Shown: positions 10,501 through 21,474, numbered from the stretch's first letter. The stretch: DNA of 64,000 bases from Anaerohalosphaeraceae bacterium (GCA_050309605.1 JBNRMN010000064.1:1-64000); one strand, 5' to 3'. Program-made: numbers and translations. Notes: generated by a model not told the origin, from the sequence alone.

Positions 10501-12495
10501 TCAAACGGAAAACCCGCTTTCGCTTGCCGCGCCGGTGTGCGGTTCCAGATGTTCGCCGTACCGCACCAGCCGGGCACTGTTGAACACGACGACAACCGCC
10601 CCGCCCAGATGCAGCACCGCCGCCAGAATAACCGGCAGCCAGCCCAGCGCCGAGGCGATAATCCCCATCAGGATAAACAAAATGCCAAAGCCGAGATTCT
10701 GATTGATGACGGTGCGGGTTTTTCGGGATAAGTGCATTAAAAACGGCAGACGCCGCAGGTCGTCGCTCATCAGGGCGATTGACGCCGAATTGATGGCCAC
10801 GTCGCTGCCGGCGGCCCCCATGGCAATGCCCAAATCGCCGGCCGCCAGTGCCGGGGCGTCATTGATGCCGTCGCCGACCACGGCGACAATATGCCCTTCC
10901 TGACGAATCTTTTCCACTACCGCAAGCTTATCCTGCGGCAGACAGTGCGCCTTGTAATCCGTGCAGCCCAGTTCCGCCGAGACCCGATTGGCCACCTCGT
11001 TGCGGTCGCCGGTCAGCATGGTTACGCGGCGGACACGGGAATCGAACAGCTCTTTGACCGCCTGTCTGGCTTCGGGACGGGCTTTGTCCTGAAGACCGAT
11101 CCAGCCGATGCATCGTCCGTCCGCCGCCACATAGAGGGTGCTGAAGCCCTGTTCTTCATGCAGCGACGGATCCGAAACCGTCGAAACATCAATCCCTTTT
11201 TCCTTCAGGAATGTATCACGCCCTACCAGCACAGTCCGGCCGGCCACCGTTGCGGTAACGCCTTTGCCCGGCGTCTCTTCAAAGTGTTCCGCGGGCGTGA
11301 AATGCACATTGGCCTCTTTGGCCAGACTGATGACCGCCCGCGCGGCCGGGTGCTTGCTCATCTGTTCAGCCGAAGCGGTCAAAGCAAGCAAATCCGCCGG
11401 ATCCACCTCCTTGGCCGGCTCGATTTTGGTCACATACAACTGGCCGGTCGTCAGCGTACCGGTTTTGTCGAAGACCACGGCGGTAATCTTGCCGGCGATC
11501 TCCAGCAGCGACACATTTTTAATCAAAATCCCCAGCCGCGCCGCCGCCGACAGGGCCGCGACCATCGCCGTCGGCGTCGCCAGAATCAGCGGGCACGGAC
11601 ACGAAATCACCAGCGCCGAAATAGACCGCGTCATATCCTTGGTAAAGAAATAGATAATCACGCTGATCATCAGCACCGTCGGAATGTACCACTTGACGTA
11701 CTGATCGATCATCCGCATAATCGGAAGCTGCGTCCGTTCGGCGGCCATAATGAGCTGCTGAACTTTACCGAGGGTGGTATCTTTGCCGGCCTTGGTAACC
11801 TCAATATCCAACACGCCGGTCAGATTCGTGGTTCCGGCAAAGACCTGCATCCCGACCACCTTGTCAGCCGGCAGCGATTCGCCGGTAATCGTCGCTTCAT
11901 TGACCGTACTGAGGCCGCGTTTGATTTCGCCGTCAGCCGGGATATTGTCGCCGGGGCGTACGCGCACCACATTGCCGGCCCGCAGCGAACTGACCTTGAC
12001 CTCTTCTTCGACGCCGTCGGCGGTGAGCCGATGGGCCGTCGTGGGCGTCAGCTTAATCAGGGACTCAATGGCCGCCCGCGCCCCCAGGGCCGTTCGCGTC
12101 TCCAGCAGCTCGGCCAGCAGCATAATGAACGCCACCGTCCCGGCCTCCACATACTGGCCGATGGCAAACGCCGCAATCACCGCCAGCGCCACCAGCTCAT
12201 CCATATGCATATGGCCGTGCAAGACGCCTTGGATGGCATGAACGATAATCGGCAATCCCAGCAGCACCGCCCCGGCCATGGCCATCATTTCGCTCAGTTC
12301 CCGACTGGACGCCCCGTACAGCCAGGAAAACAGCGGCAGGTTCACCAAAATGCTGTTGAGAATCAGAATGCCGCCCGCCAGCGTCCCGAACAAGGCCAGA
12401 CTGACGCGCATCTGTTTGCCTTCAGTGGCGGCGTGTTCAGCCAGTGCAGCCTGATCAAACTCCGTCGTCTTGATATTTAGATGCTTATGTCCCAT
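10501..12495 (-). CDS. Heavy-metal translocating P1B-type ATPase
   Basis: TGES, SCPC, DKTGTLT, HP and GDGINDAPAL motifs; no N-terminal CxxC metal-binding domain. Confidence 0.93.
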   Translation of the reverse strand: MGHKHLNIKTTEFDQAALAEHAATEGKQMRVSLALFGTLAGGILILNSILVNLPLFSWLYGASSRELSEMMAMAGAVLLGLPIIVHAIQGVLHGHMHMDELVALAVIAAFAIGQYVEAGTVAFIMLLAELLETRTALGARAAIESLIKLTPTTAHRLTADGVEEEVKVSSLRAGNVVRVRPGDNIPADGEIKRGLSTVNEATITGESLPADKVVGMQVFAGTTNLTGVLDIEVTKAGKDTTLGKVQQLIMAAERTQLPIMRMIDQYVKWYIPTVLMISVIIYFFTKDMTRSISALVISCPCPLILATPTAMVAALSAAARLGILIKNVSLLEIAGKITAVVFDKTGTLTTGQLYVTKIEPAKEVDPADLLALTASAEQMSKHPAARAVISLAKEANVHFTPAEHFEETPGKGVTATVAGRTVLVGRDTFLKEKGIDVSTVSDPSLHEEQGFSTLYVAADGRCIGWIGLQDKARPEARQAVKELFDSRVRRVTMLTGDRNEVANRVSAELGCTDYKAHCLPQDKLAVVEKIRQEGHIVAVVGDGINDAPALAAGDLGIAMGAAGSDVAINSASIALMSDDLRRLPFLMHLSRKTRTVINQNLGFGILFILMGIIASALGWLPVILAAVLHLGGAVVVVFNSARLVRYGEHLEPHTGAASESGFSV

Positions 12496-12558
12496 ACGGT
12501 TTTCTCAATTTGCCTGTCTTTAATCTCAGTTAGTCATCCGTCCGGTCAATTCACGCCT

Positions 12559-13848
12559 TCAGCGGCGTTGAGCGCCCTGTTGGTCGGGCTGCCGGCGTCT
12601 GATCTGCGGATCACGATTGATCAGCACACGAATTTCACGGCTGTGGCCCTCTTGAGACGGTTGAATCACAATCTTTTCGTCCGCGTCGCTGAGCACCTGC
12701 TGAATCGCATTCTGATAAATCTGCTGCAAAACCAGCTCCGGACGCTTGCGATATTCCGGCAGCAGCGCCATCAGATACTCGGCATTGGCCTTGGCCTCTT
12801 CAACCACGCGCATGCGATAGGCCCTTGCTTCGGAAATGACCGTCTGAACCTGACCGGCCAGGTGGCTGACCAGTTCCATCTGTTCTTTGTCTGACAGATC
12901 ACCGTTTCGAAGCTGCTCAAGCAATTGCTCGGCTTGCGGGCCGCCGACATCGGTCAGCAGCCGTTCTTTATATGACGCGGCGTCAATGCGCGCCTGTTCA
13001 CTTTCCTGGCGGGCGCGGTTGGACTCCTGAAATGCAGCGTCAACCTGACGCGGCCAGACGATACGGTCGGCCCGCACAGCGTCGATCTCAATGCCGCTGC
13101 TAATTTCGTCCAGCCTGCGCTGCAGGGTATTTTGGACATCGACGGCGATATCCGAACGGCTTCGCACGGCGTCATCGATACTGTATTTGACCATCGTCGC
13201 CACAATGGCATTGGACGCCAAACTGTTGAGCAGCGGTTCGACCGTCTCCGCGGCGGCGTCCAGCACATCCTCGCCGGGGTTGCGCGGACGGATATAAATC
13301 GATTCGAAGAAATCAATCGGCGAGCGAATACGATACGTAATCGTCCAGCGCGAATGAACAATATTGTAATCCGTACCGGCCAGTCCCGTCTGCTGGTCGT
13401 TTCGGGTCAGACAGTAGCCGTCCCGAAGCGGATTGAGCGGTCCGGTGACCATCCGCGGCGGCGTTCGCCCCAACCGCTCCTGTTCGGTCTCAAAATACCA
13501 GAACGAATCGAGATTCAGTGTCTGCACGCGCTGAACGGGAATGCGAATCACCTCGCTGATCGGTTCGGGAAACGCAAATTTCAAACCCGGCCGCAGAATG
13601 CGATGTTCCCCTTCACCCCGAAATCGGCCGAACTGAAGCACCAGCGCCTCTTCATCCGGCTGAACGCGAAACACACCGCTGACCGCAAACAAGACGATCA
13701 GCAGCACCATAATGACCTTCAAAATCGTAAAACTGACCCGCAATGCATTGGTCAGCGATTGACCGGCCGCATCCAGATCGTCAAACGTCGGCGAGGGGGT
13801 TTCCTGCGGCTCAGGACCTGCGGGATGAGGTTCATGTGTATGTGCCAT
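12559..13848 (-). CDS. SPFH/Band 7 protein, HflK-like
   Basis: Single TM, VQPDEEALVLQFG, PGLKFAFPEPI, VWPRQVDAAF and a coiled-coil C-terminus. Confidence 0.85.
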   Translation of the reverse strand: MAHTHEPHPAGPEPQETPSPTFDDLDAAGQSLTNALRVSFTILKVIMVLLIVLFAVSGVFRVQPDEEALVLQFGRFRGEGEHRILRPGLKFAFPEPISEVIRIPVQRVQTLNLDSFWYFETEQERLGRTPPRMVTGPLNPLRDGYCLTRNDQQTGLAGTDYNIVHSRWTITYRIRSPIDFFESIYIRPRNPGEDVLDAAAETVEPLLNSLASNAIVATMVKYSIDDAVRSRSDIAVDVQNTLQRRLDEISSGIEIDAVRADRIVWPRQVDAAFQESNRARQESEQARIDAASYKERLLTDVGGPQAEQLLEQLRNGDLSDKEQMELVSHLAGQVQTVISEARAYRMRVVEEAKANAEYLMALLPEYRKRPELVLQQIYQNAIQQVLSDADEKIVIQPSQEGHSREIRVLINRDPQIRRRQPDQQGAQRR

Positions 13849-13862
13849 AACAATCCTGCCTG

Positions 13863-14765
13863 TTAATTCTCGGTTTCTTTGGGCTGAAGTTTGGGCAGTT
13901 CTTTGAGCAGATGGATCGGCTCGGTTTCCACGCCCAGCACAATCGTACTGCGTTCTTTCAGAATCCTGCGAAGCGCCTCGATATCACGCAGAAACATCGC
14001 CAGTTCCGGGTCGGCCTCAAGCATTTGATAATACTTGGCCGCTTCGGCATCCCCGTCGCCGCGAATGGATTTGGCCTGCGATTCGGCCACCGCCAGCAGC
14101 TCCTGCCGCATGGCGTCGGCTTCACTGCGAATGGCTTCGGCCTCCGAGTTGCCCGCGGCCAAAATCGACTCCGTGCGGCCTTTGCGGTCAGCCCGCATTC
14201 GATCAAACACCTTTTCGGTCACACTCTCATTGATCATCAGACGTTTGATACCGACGGTCTGAATTTCCATTCCATACTGACTTAACGCATGGCCGGCAAT
14301 TTCCGTCTGCATCTCCGATTCAATTGCTTCAAACTTAATCCGCCCCGGATCGGTGTTCACAAAATCACTGAAATAATACCGGCCAATAACGGAGTTTTGT
14401 GCGTTACGGAGCAGACTGCGAAGTTTCCCTTCGGCACTGCGCTTGTCCTGCACCGACACAAGATAGCGCTCCGGATCGGCAATCCGCCACACCACATAAC
14501 TGTTGACAATAATCGGTTCGTTGCCCGCGGTATTGGTCTCTTCAAGGACGCCTTCATATAACCGGCTCCGCGAATCAAAGCGATGAACCCGATCAATCGG
14601 CAGCGGATACTTTAAGTACAGTCCCGGCGCGGTAATGGGACGTACGGGCTTGCCGAATCGCGTGACGATGACGGTTTCGGTTTCGCGCACCTGAAAAACC
14701 ACTGCAAACAGTGTCAGTACCAGCACCACCAGTGCGACGCTCAAAAACACCCAAAAATTCTTCAT
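13863..14765 (-). CDS. hflC: SPFH protein, HflC-like protease modulator
   Basis: VRETETVIVTRFGKP, PGLYLKYPLP, VFDRMRADR, IRGDGDAEAA. Confidence 0.85.
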   Translation of the reverse strand: MKNFWVFLSVALVVLVLTLFAVVFQVRETETVIVTRFGKPVRPITAPGLYLKYPLPIDRVHRFDSRSRLYEGVLEETNTAGNEPIIVNSYVVWRIADPERYLVSVQDKRSAEGKLRSLLRNAQNSVIGRYYFSDFVNTDPGRIKFEAIESEMQTEIAGHALSQYGMEIQTVGIKRLMINESVTEKVFDRMRADRKGRTESILAAGNSEAEAIRSEADAMRQELLAVAESQAKSIRGDGDAEAAKYYQMLEADPELAMFLRDIEALRRILKERSTIVLGVETEPIHLLKELPKLQPKETEN

Positions 14766-14856
14766 ACCTCGTTTCCCTTATATGAATTCAACACCAGTCT
14801 GTCTTCTGTTTCGTTTCAACGTTCAACCACGTCGTTTTTTTGTCGTCGGTCGGAGC

Positions 14857-16920
14857 TTATTGATCGTCCAGCCCCAAATCAAGATCATACAGCGACGGCA
14901 TCAGCCGCTCCTGGAGATCCACGATAAAGACCTGAGCGTCCTGCGGATCGGCAACCACAACATACTTGCGAATCTTTTCCAGCGACTCTTCCAGCGTCGC
15001 CAGACGCAGCAATCGCGGATACAGCTCCGGTGCGGCCGTATAGGCCTTAAGCTGCCCGCCGAAACGCAGCCCTTCCCCCCGCGCCTCATTGATCCGCACA
15101 AACGCATCGGCCTCGGCCAATCGGAGCGTCTTGAACACCTGACCGCGCGCAGCGCTGAATGATTCCCTCAGATCAACCCGCAACGCCTCGGCTTGTGCCG
15201 TGTCGCCCTGCTCACGAGCCTGCCCGAATGCCAGCGCTTTTTGGTACAACTCGTTGACCCGGTCAATCGAACCGGCCAATTCCGTCAAGACCCGGTTGCT
15301 CTCGGCACGGGCATTCAGCACACTGGCCTGACGATTCTGAATCGCCGCGATGACTTCCTGATACTCCGGCACCACCTGCGGCGGCGGATGAATCCCCTGA
15401 AGACCAAGGAACACGATCTCGACGCCCAGTCCGGCGTTATCGGCCGCATTTTGAATCCGGCGATGCAGCTCGCGAGACGCCTCAAGACGCCCTTCTCCCA
15501 GCAGATTCTTGCCGATTGGCGAGATCACCCCCGGCCGTGCCCGATCCTCTGCTTCGACTTTGGAACCGGCCACAAAACGCACCAGTTCACGATAACAGAT
15601 CGCTTCCAGGATTTGTTCCGGCGTCTCGTGGTTATACAGGTAATCCCGAAGATTACGGATTCGGTATTGAATCGGAATATTGGCCCGAATAATACTGACC
15701 GGCACAACTCCTTCTTCGTCTGCGGTTTCAGACTGAGCGGCCGCCAGCAGGTCATATTCCTCAAGATAATGCTCTTCGCCCCACAACAGGGGTTTTCGTC
15801 TGGCCTCATCCGTATCCTCGATGCGATAGCCGACGGTAATTTCCTGAATCTTGTCTGTCGGATACACATAGGCGATTTCAATTGGCCAGGGCCACTTCAG
15901 CGACATACCGGGGCCGATGGTTCGTCCACCTCGATCCGGCTGGGGCGAACCGAACCGCTCAACGATTGCCATTTGACCCGGGCCAATCACCACCAACGAA
16001 CTGATACAATACATGGTCACCGCCGCAAACAGAATCAACGGCAGAATCGCACGCTCCAGCAGCTTGTAAAACCACGTCTGAGAAACCTGAAAACCGAATT
16101 GATAATCGATGGTGTGAGCAATGGTATGCAGAAAACCGCCCGGTTCGCTGAACAGCCCCAACAGCCGGCTGTCAAAAGCCGCCCGGCTGTATTGACCGGC
16201 GACACGCGGCCGATAGACATCGAAAATGGTGTTCAAAATCGTTTCGGTCCCCAGCACAATCAGCAGGCCCGGAACCAGGATTTCGACAAATCGCAGAAAA
16301 ACGCCGTATTTAAACTGTGCCAGCGCCAGTCCGACTGCCAGCAGGAAACCGATGACCGCCCCGGCCAGTAAATAGCTGCCCCCCGCCCGCAGCGGCTTCC
16401 AGTCCGTCTGGCTGCTCATCCCCGACGCAAAACGGCTGAACAAGAACAGCAAAAACGCCACCACCACCATCAACACCGCCCCCAGCAGCGGATTGGCCGG
16501 CGACCATTCAACGACACCGAAGACTTTGTTTTGATAAAGGAATATGCCGACGAGAATCTCATAGACGGCAAGGGCAACGCCGGCCAGAGGAAGAAACCAT
16601 TTTTCCAGCGTCGCCAAACGTTTCTGGGCAACCGCCATCAAAGCCGCCCGGTCGCCGCCGGATGAAAAAATCGTCTTCTGCCGGTCGGTTTTGGCAAGCT
16701 GGGCCATATCCAGCTTTTCCTGCTCAGCCCGCGTCCGATGCTTGAACTGGATCAGCAGCATCAGCCACATCACCACAGAGGCCAGCATCAGCCAACTGAA
16801 CAGATAAATACCCAGCACCTCCTGAAACACACCGAGCAAAAGCGTACTAACGAAAAAGACAAAACTGACAAGTAATGCGATAAGTGAAACCGTTTCGGCC
16901 TTCCTCGACGATCCTGTCAT
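14857..16920 (-). CDS. SPFH protein (HflK-like) fused to a multi-TM N-terminal domain
   Basis: About 7 hydrophobic segments, then IVERFG, PGMSLKWPWPIE and GIHPPPQV. Confidence 0.82.
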   Translation of the reverse strand: MTGSSRKAETVSLIALLVSFVFFVSTLLLGVFQEVLGIYLFSWLMLASVVMWLMLLIQFKHRTRAEQEKLDMAQLAKTDRQKTIFSSGGDRAALMAVAQKRLATLEKWFLPLAGVALAVYEILVGIFLYQNKVFGVVEWSPANPLLGAVLMVVVAFLLFLFSRFASGMSSQTDWKPLRAGGSYLLAGAVIGFLLAVGLALAQFKYGVFLRFVEILVPGLLIVLGTETILNTIFDVYRPRVAGQYSRAAFDSRLLGLFSEPGGFLHTIAHTIDYQFGFQVSQTWFYKLLERAILPLILFAAVTMYCISSLVVIGPGQMAIVERFGSPQPDRGGRTIGPGMSLKWPWPIEIAYVYPTDKIQEITVGYRIEDTDEARRKPLLWGEEHYLEEYDLLAAAQSETADEEGVVPVSIIRANIPIQYRIRNLRDYLYNHETPEQILEAICYRELVRFVAGSKVEAEDRARPGVISPIGKNLLGEGRLEASRELHRRIQNAADNAGLGVEIVFLGLQGIHPPPQVVPEYQEVIAAIQNRQASVLNARAESNRVLTELAGSIDRVNELYQKALAFGQAREQGDTAQAEALRVDLRESFSAARGQVFKTLRLAEADAFVRINEARGEGLRFGGQLKAYTAAPELYPRLLRLATLEESLEKIRKYVVVADPQDAQVFIVDLQERLMPSLYDLDLGLDDQ

Positions 16921-17102
16921 AACCTATTTCCCAATTTTTCGTGAACTGATTCGGTCTTGTTTTACTATGGTTAAGGAAGAAAACTATACGCCATACGATG
17001 CAAAATGCAAGCAGCGGCTTTACAAAATTGGTAATTTACGTAAAATTGCATCATATACGGTTTAATTCCTTCAGTACAGAACTATTTTTTTAAGGATAAA
17101 AC

Positions 17103-18110
17103 GTGCTTAATCGACTGCTGATTATCGCAAAAAACACCTTCATCGAGACGCTGCGGCAACCCGTTTATGCGATTATTATCGCTTTCGCGCTGCTTCTGAT
17201 GGTCCTGGCACCGACCATCAGCATGTACACCCTTGATGAAGACATTAAACTCCTCCGCGAATTAGGCCTTTCTACGCTGTTTCTGGCCGGTTTGTTCATT
17301 GCGGTTTTTTCGGCTACCGGCGCCATCACGGAGGAAATCGAAACCGGAACCATCACCACCGTGCTGTCCAAACCCATCAGCCGTCCGGTGTTCGTTGTCG
17401 GCAAATTCGTCGGCCTGACCGGAGCGGTCACGCTGGCCCACCTGATTGGTATGCTGGCCTATCTGATGGCCGTGCGGCACGGAGTGCTCGAACGTGCCTC
17501 CGATGAAGTGGACTGGACCGTTATCGCTGCCGGCGGCGGCGCCATTTTGATAACGATTGCTTTAACTGCTTTTTTGAACTATGTTTATGACTGGCATTTT
17601 TCAGCTACCGGCATCACACTTGCGGCGGTTTCACTGGGAACGGGGGTGCTTTTTCTTGCAGTAGTAGATAGTGAATGGAAGATAAATCCAGCCGGAAATG
17701 AATTCCAGGCTTTCGATATTTACGCCTCGATTCTGCTGCTGCTGGCATTGATCACCATCGTCGCTCTGGCGGTCTTGTTCTCGACACGTTTCAATGTGGT
17801 GGTCACATTAACCTGCTGTGTCGGGGTGTTTTTGCTGGGTCTGATCAGCGACTGGGTATTCGGACGATTTGCCGCCCGCAGCCTGAGCGACCCGGCCTAT
17901 GAACTGTTCGACCAAATCGGCATCCTCTTGGCGCGCGTCGGAACGGTGCTCGTTCCGAACCTGCAAATCTACTGGGTCAGCGACGCCATCTACGAAACCG
18001 GTGTCGTCCCGGCCGGCTACCTGCTCATCGCACTGGGTTATACCGCCTTCTACACCGCCGGCATCCTTGCCCTGTCCATTGCCTTCTTCCAGAAACGCCA
18101 AATTGGATAA
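17103..18110 (+). CDS. ABC-2 type transporter permease
   Basis: IAKNTFIETLRQP, EEIETGTITTVLSKPISRPVFVVGKFVG and FQKRQIG; multi-TM. Confidence 0.85.
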   Translation: MLNRLLIIAKNTFIETLRQPVYAIIIAFALLLMVLAPTISMYTLDEDIKLLRELGLSTLFLAGLFIAVFSATGAITEEIETGTITTVLSKPISRPVFVVGKFVGLTGAVTLAHLIGMLAYLMAVRHGVLERASDEVDWTVIAAGGGAILITIALTAFLNYVYDWHFSATGITLAAVSLGTGVLFLAVVDSEWKINPAGNEFQAFDIYASILLLLALITIVALAVLFSTRFNVVVTLTCCVGVFLLGLISDWVFGRFAARSLSDPAYELFDQIGILLARVGTVLVPNLQIYWVSDAIYETGVVPAGYLLIALGYTAFYTAGILALSIAFFQKRQIG

Positions 18111-18198
18111 ACAGAGACATAAATAATCAGTTTTTCGCTCTGTGACGACCGACCCTGCGCCCCATCCATAACCTGAACCTGCGATAACGGCCGCCTTA

Positions 18199-18651
18199 TT
18201 AAAGGATATAATCCAGAGCGATTTCGTCGCAATGATCCTGCTTGGGACACTGGGCACAATCGCTCCAGACCTTCATCGGCAGGGTTTGACGATCCACCTT
18301 CTTGAAACCGAGTTTTTCGAAAAAGCCCGGCTCCAGCGTTAGGGTGAAGATGCGATTTAGCCCCAGCAACCGGGCCTTATCGATACAGGCTTTGACCAGG
18401 GCCGTGCCGACCTTTTTGCCGAAGTAACGCTGATCGACGGCCAGCGACTTGATCTCGGCCAAGTCTTCCCACAGCACCTTCAGGGCGCAGCAGCCAATCA
18501 CCTGCCCATTGTCCTCGGCAACCTTGAAACTGTGGATTTGCTCATACAAGTCCGACAGCGAGCAGAACAGCATCCGGTCATACTCGGCATAACAACTAAT
18601 CAAGGCGTGCATCGCCTTGACATCATCTATCACGGCATCGCGTACTTTCAT
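18199..18651 (-). CDS. GNAT N-acetyltransferase (short ArgA-like amino-acid acetyltransferase)
   Basis: LAEIKSLAV, IFTLT..PGFFEKLGF, KVWSDCAQCPKQDHCDEIA. Confidence 0.85.
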   Translation of the reverse strand: MKVRDAVIDDVKAMHALISCYAEYDRMLFCSLSDLYEQIHSFKVAEDNGQVIGCCALKVLWEDLAEIKSLAVDQRYFGKKVGTALVKACIDKARLLGLNRIFTLTLEPGFFEKLGFKKVDRQTLPMKVWSDCAQCPKQDHCDEIALDYIL

Positions 18652-18805
18652 AGCAATCTCAAATCTTCCCGATGATTATCGCCTAATGAACCAACCAAGC
18701 CCATTATAACCGAAATCGGCCGGCCGGGACAATCTCTTTTCAGAGTGTCCCGAATCAAGTATCTCGTCGTTGCCGTGAAACGCGAACCGCTATGCTGAAC
18801 GGAAA

Positions 18806-18847
18806 CTGATTCCTCCGCAAAATCCGGTAACTTCGCGGAGGAATCAG
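18806..18847. terminator. 13-bp inverted repeat downstream of the beta-propeller gene
   Basis: CTGATTCCTCCGC...GCGGAGGAATCAG. Confidence 0.5.
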
Positions 18848-18861
18848 GGGGTTGCCGCCAA

Positions 18862-20999
18862 TTAAGGTTCAAGCCAATGGGCGGACAGGACGGCCAGATC
18901 AAGCAAATCCACCCGACCGTCGCAGTTGAGGTCTCCGGGCTGGAGCGGACCCCAAAGGCCGATATATACTGAAGCGTTTTCGCCGGCCACAGTAAATCGC
19001 CCGCCGGCAACCAGGTGGCTGCCAAAGGGCAGCAGCGCAAAGACGCGATCACTCGTACCGCTGCCGAGAGGCTGCCACACTCGGCCATCCCATCGGGCGG
19101 TATAATTGGTCGTATTTCCTGCGGATCGATAAAAAAGCCCGCCGGCAAACAGATGTGTATGCATCGCGGCCAGACTATACACGTGTGAGTTAACGCCGGC
19201 CCCGACAGGCTGCCAGGAAGCGCCGTCCCACTGGGCAATATTGCTGACCGGCGTAGCCACTGTCCCCGGCGCACTGGTGAATTCACCACCGGCAATCAGA
19301 TGGCCGTCATAGACGGTCAGGGCGTGGACTTTGGCGTTGAGACCTCCGGCGGCCGGCTGCCAACCTGAACCGTTCCATCGCGCCACATACATGGCCGTAT
19401 CAAAACCGGCGCCGGTAAAGTCGCCGGCTGCAACCAATTCATTGTCATAGACCGCCAGCGCACGCACACTGTTGTTGGTGCCAAACCCCAGCGCCTCCCA
19501 CGAAAGCCCGTCCCACGCTGCGATAAAATCGGCAAAAACCGGGCCGCCGACCACGGAGAAATCGCCCCCGGCGATCAGCTTGCCGTCATAAATCGCCAGC
19601 GATCGAACGGTTGCATTGGCGCCGCCGCCCAAAGGCTGCCAGAAGGTCCCATTCCACCAGGCAACGTAGCCCGTAAAGTCGCCCCCGGCGACAAGGACGC
19701 CATGATAGACAATCAGCGCGTGGACAACGCCGTCAATTTCGGCGCCCAGCGGATGCCAGAGGGCGCCGTCCCAGCGCGCCACATAAGAGGCCGATTCGTC
19801 GCCGATTGACGTAAAATTTCCGCCGGCGATCAGATCGCTGTCGTATCGGGTCAACGCATTGACATAGGCTTGCGTTCCGGCATAAAACAACCCCTTACCG
19901 AGCGTCTGCCACGTCAGGCTGTCCCAGCTTGCCACATAGTTGGCGGCGGTCTCGCCGACAGCGGTAAAGCTGCCGGCGCTGATGAGTCGGCCGTTGTAGG
20001 TGGTCAGCGTTTCAACCCGTGCATTGGCGCCCGAGCCGACAGACTGCCACGATGCGCCGTCCCATCGGGCAGCCCCCCGGCCGTGGTGAAATCACCGCCG
20101 GCGACCAGTTCATCGGCATAAACGGTCAGAGCACGAACGGTCGAATTCATCCCCGAACCAAACGATTGCCATGCGGCGCCGTCCCAGCGAGCAATGTAAG
20201 AAAACGACGTAACGCCGAATTTGGAAAATTCGCCGCCGGCAACCAGTTGGCCATCATACGTCGTCAGGGCACGAACTCTGCCGTTTGCGCCGTCGCCGTA
20301 AGCGGACCAATCCAAACCATTCCATCGGGCGATATAGTTGACGGTATTTCCGCCGGCCGTGGCAAAGTTACCGCCGGCGACCAGATGACCGTCGTGCACA
20401 TGCAGGGCATAGACATAGCTGCTCATACCGAGTCCCAGTGTCTGCCACGAAAAGCCGTTCCATTGAGCGATATAGTTCGTTGCAGCGCCGCCTGCGGTGG
20501 TAAATATGCCGCCGGCAATCAGCCGCGGCCCGAATACGGCCAGCGTATAGACATCTGAATTCATTCCCGTCGCCAGCGGCTGCCAAGTGGCGCCGTCCCA
20601 GCGAGCGATGCGATTGCAGGACAACGCGCCGGCTGTGGTAAATGAGCCGCCCGCGATCAACTGGCCGTTAAAGACGGCCAGCGCATAGACCTGTCCGTTC
20701 ATACCGGCGCCGAGCGATGACCAGGCCGTACCATCCCAAACGGCGATGTTATTGGCCGTCGTTGACCCGGCCATTGAAAAATTGCCCCCAACAACCAAAA
20801 CTTCCGACGCCGGCCCGGCGCCGTCGGGATCCCACCGGAAAACCACATTGACCGTGCCGTTCAAACCCGGAATGCCATTGCCCAACAGCCACTGTTCGGG
20901 ACATTGGGCGCCGATCGGTTCAACGAGCACCCCCTGCATCGCAACGCCTGCGAGCAGAGCGGCAAGAATGAAACGTGATTGATTTGATAATTTAGACAT
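18862..20999 (-). pseudogene. Secreted WDG-repeat beta-propeller protein with C-terminal dockerin-like motif, frameshifted near 20071
   Basis: ORFs 20004..20999 and 18862..19935 carry the same ~47-aa repeat (GGxFTxAG..xxIARWDGxxWxxLG). The repeat continues in another frame across about 20070. Signal peptide at the start and GDLNCDGRVDLLDL at the end. Confidence 0.8.
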
Positions 21000-21422
21000 T
21001 TTTTCACCCCTTTTTATGTGATTTTATTGTGAATTACGTTTGAATTGTCCGCCTAAAATGTGTGTTTAATTCATAGGCATACTCCTGAAATTTGGTTTCA
21101 GTCTGTCAGGTCCTTTGGTCGTCCATTCGAAAGAACCTCACCTTTGTCTTCTCAAAAAATCAATGCGCATGCCCTGCGGCGGGGGAGTTTGGATGTGTCG
21201 TTCTCACCAATCCCGGTTGTGTCTTCAACCCTCGCTGTGTCTCCTTAAGCGACAACTATTTTGACAATGAAAACCTGGAAAGTCAAGAAAATTTCCCAAA
21301 GAACCCAAAAACAGAGGCATTTTGCATAACCTGTCCGGTTTTGTGCTGACAGGCACACGGGGGTTTTGATTTTCGACGGCCTGTCTTTCGGTTTCTGATT
21401 ATGATTACGAGAAGGAAAAACG

Positions 21423-21458
21423 AAAAAACCCCGCGAAGGGGTCAAAAACGGGGTTTTT
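21423..21458 (-). terminator. Probable intrinsic terminator downstream of tRNA-Cys
   Basis: AAAAAACCCCG...CGGGGTTTTT inverted repeat. Confidence 0.5.
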
Positions 21459-21474
21459 AGATGAAAAATCAAAC

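Noticed and set aside
18648..19295. 215-aa minus-strand ORF bridging the propeller gene and the GNAT gene
   Set aside because: Alternative frame overlapping the real repeat protein; no motifs.
21000..21420. Riboswitch or ncRNA in the long leader of the beta-propeller gene
   Set aside because: Only short hairpins are visible and no consensus I can recognise; would need an Rfam/Infernal search.
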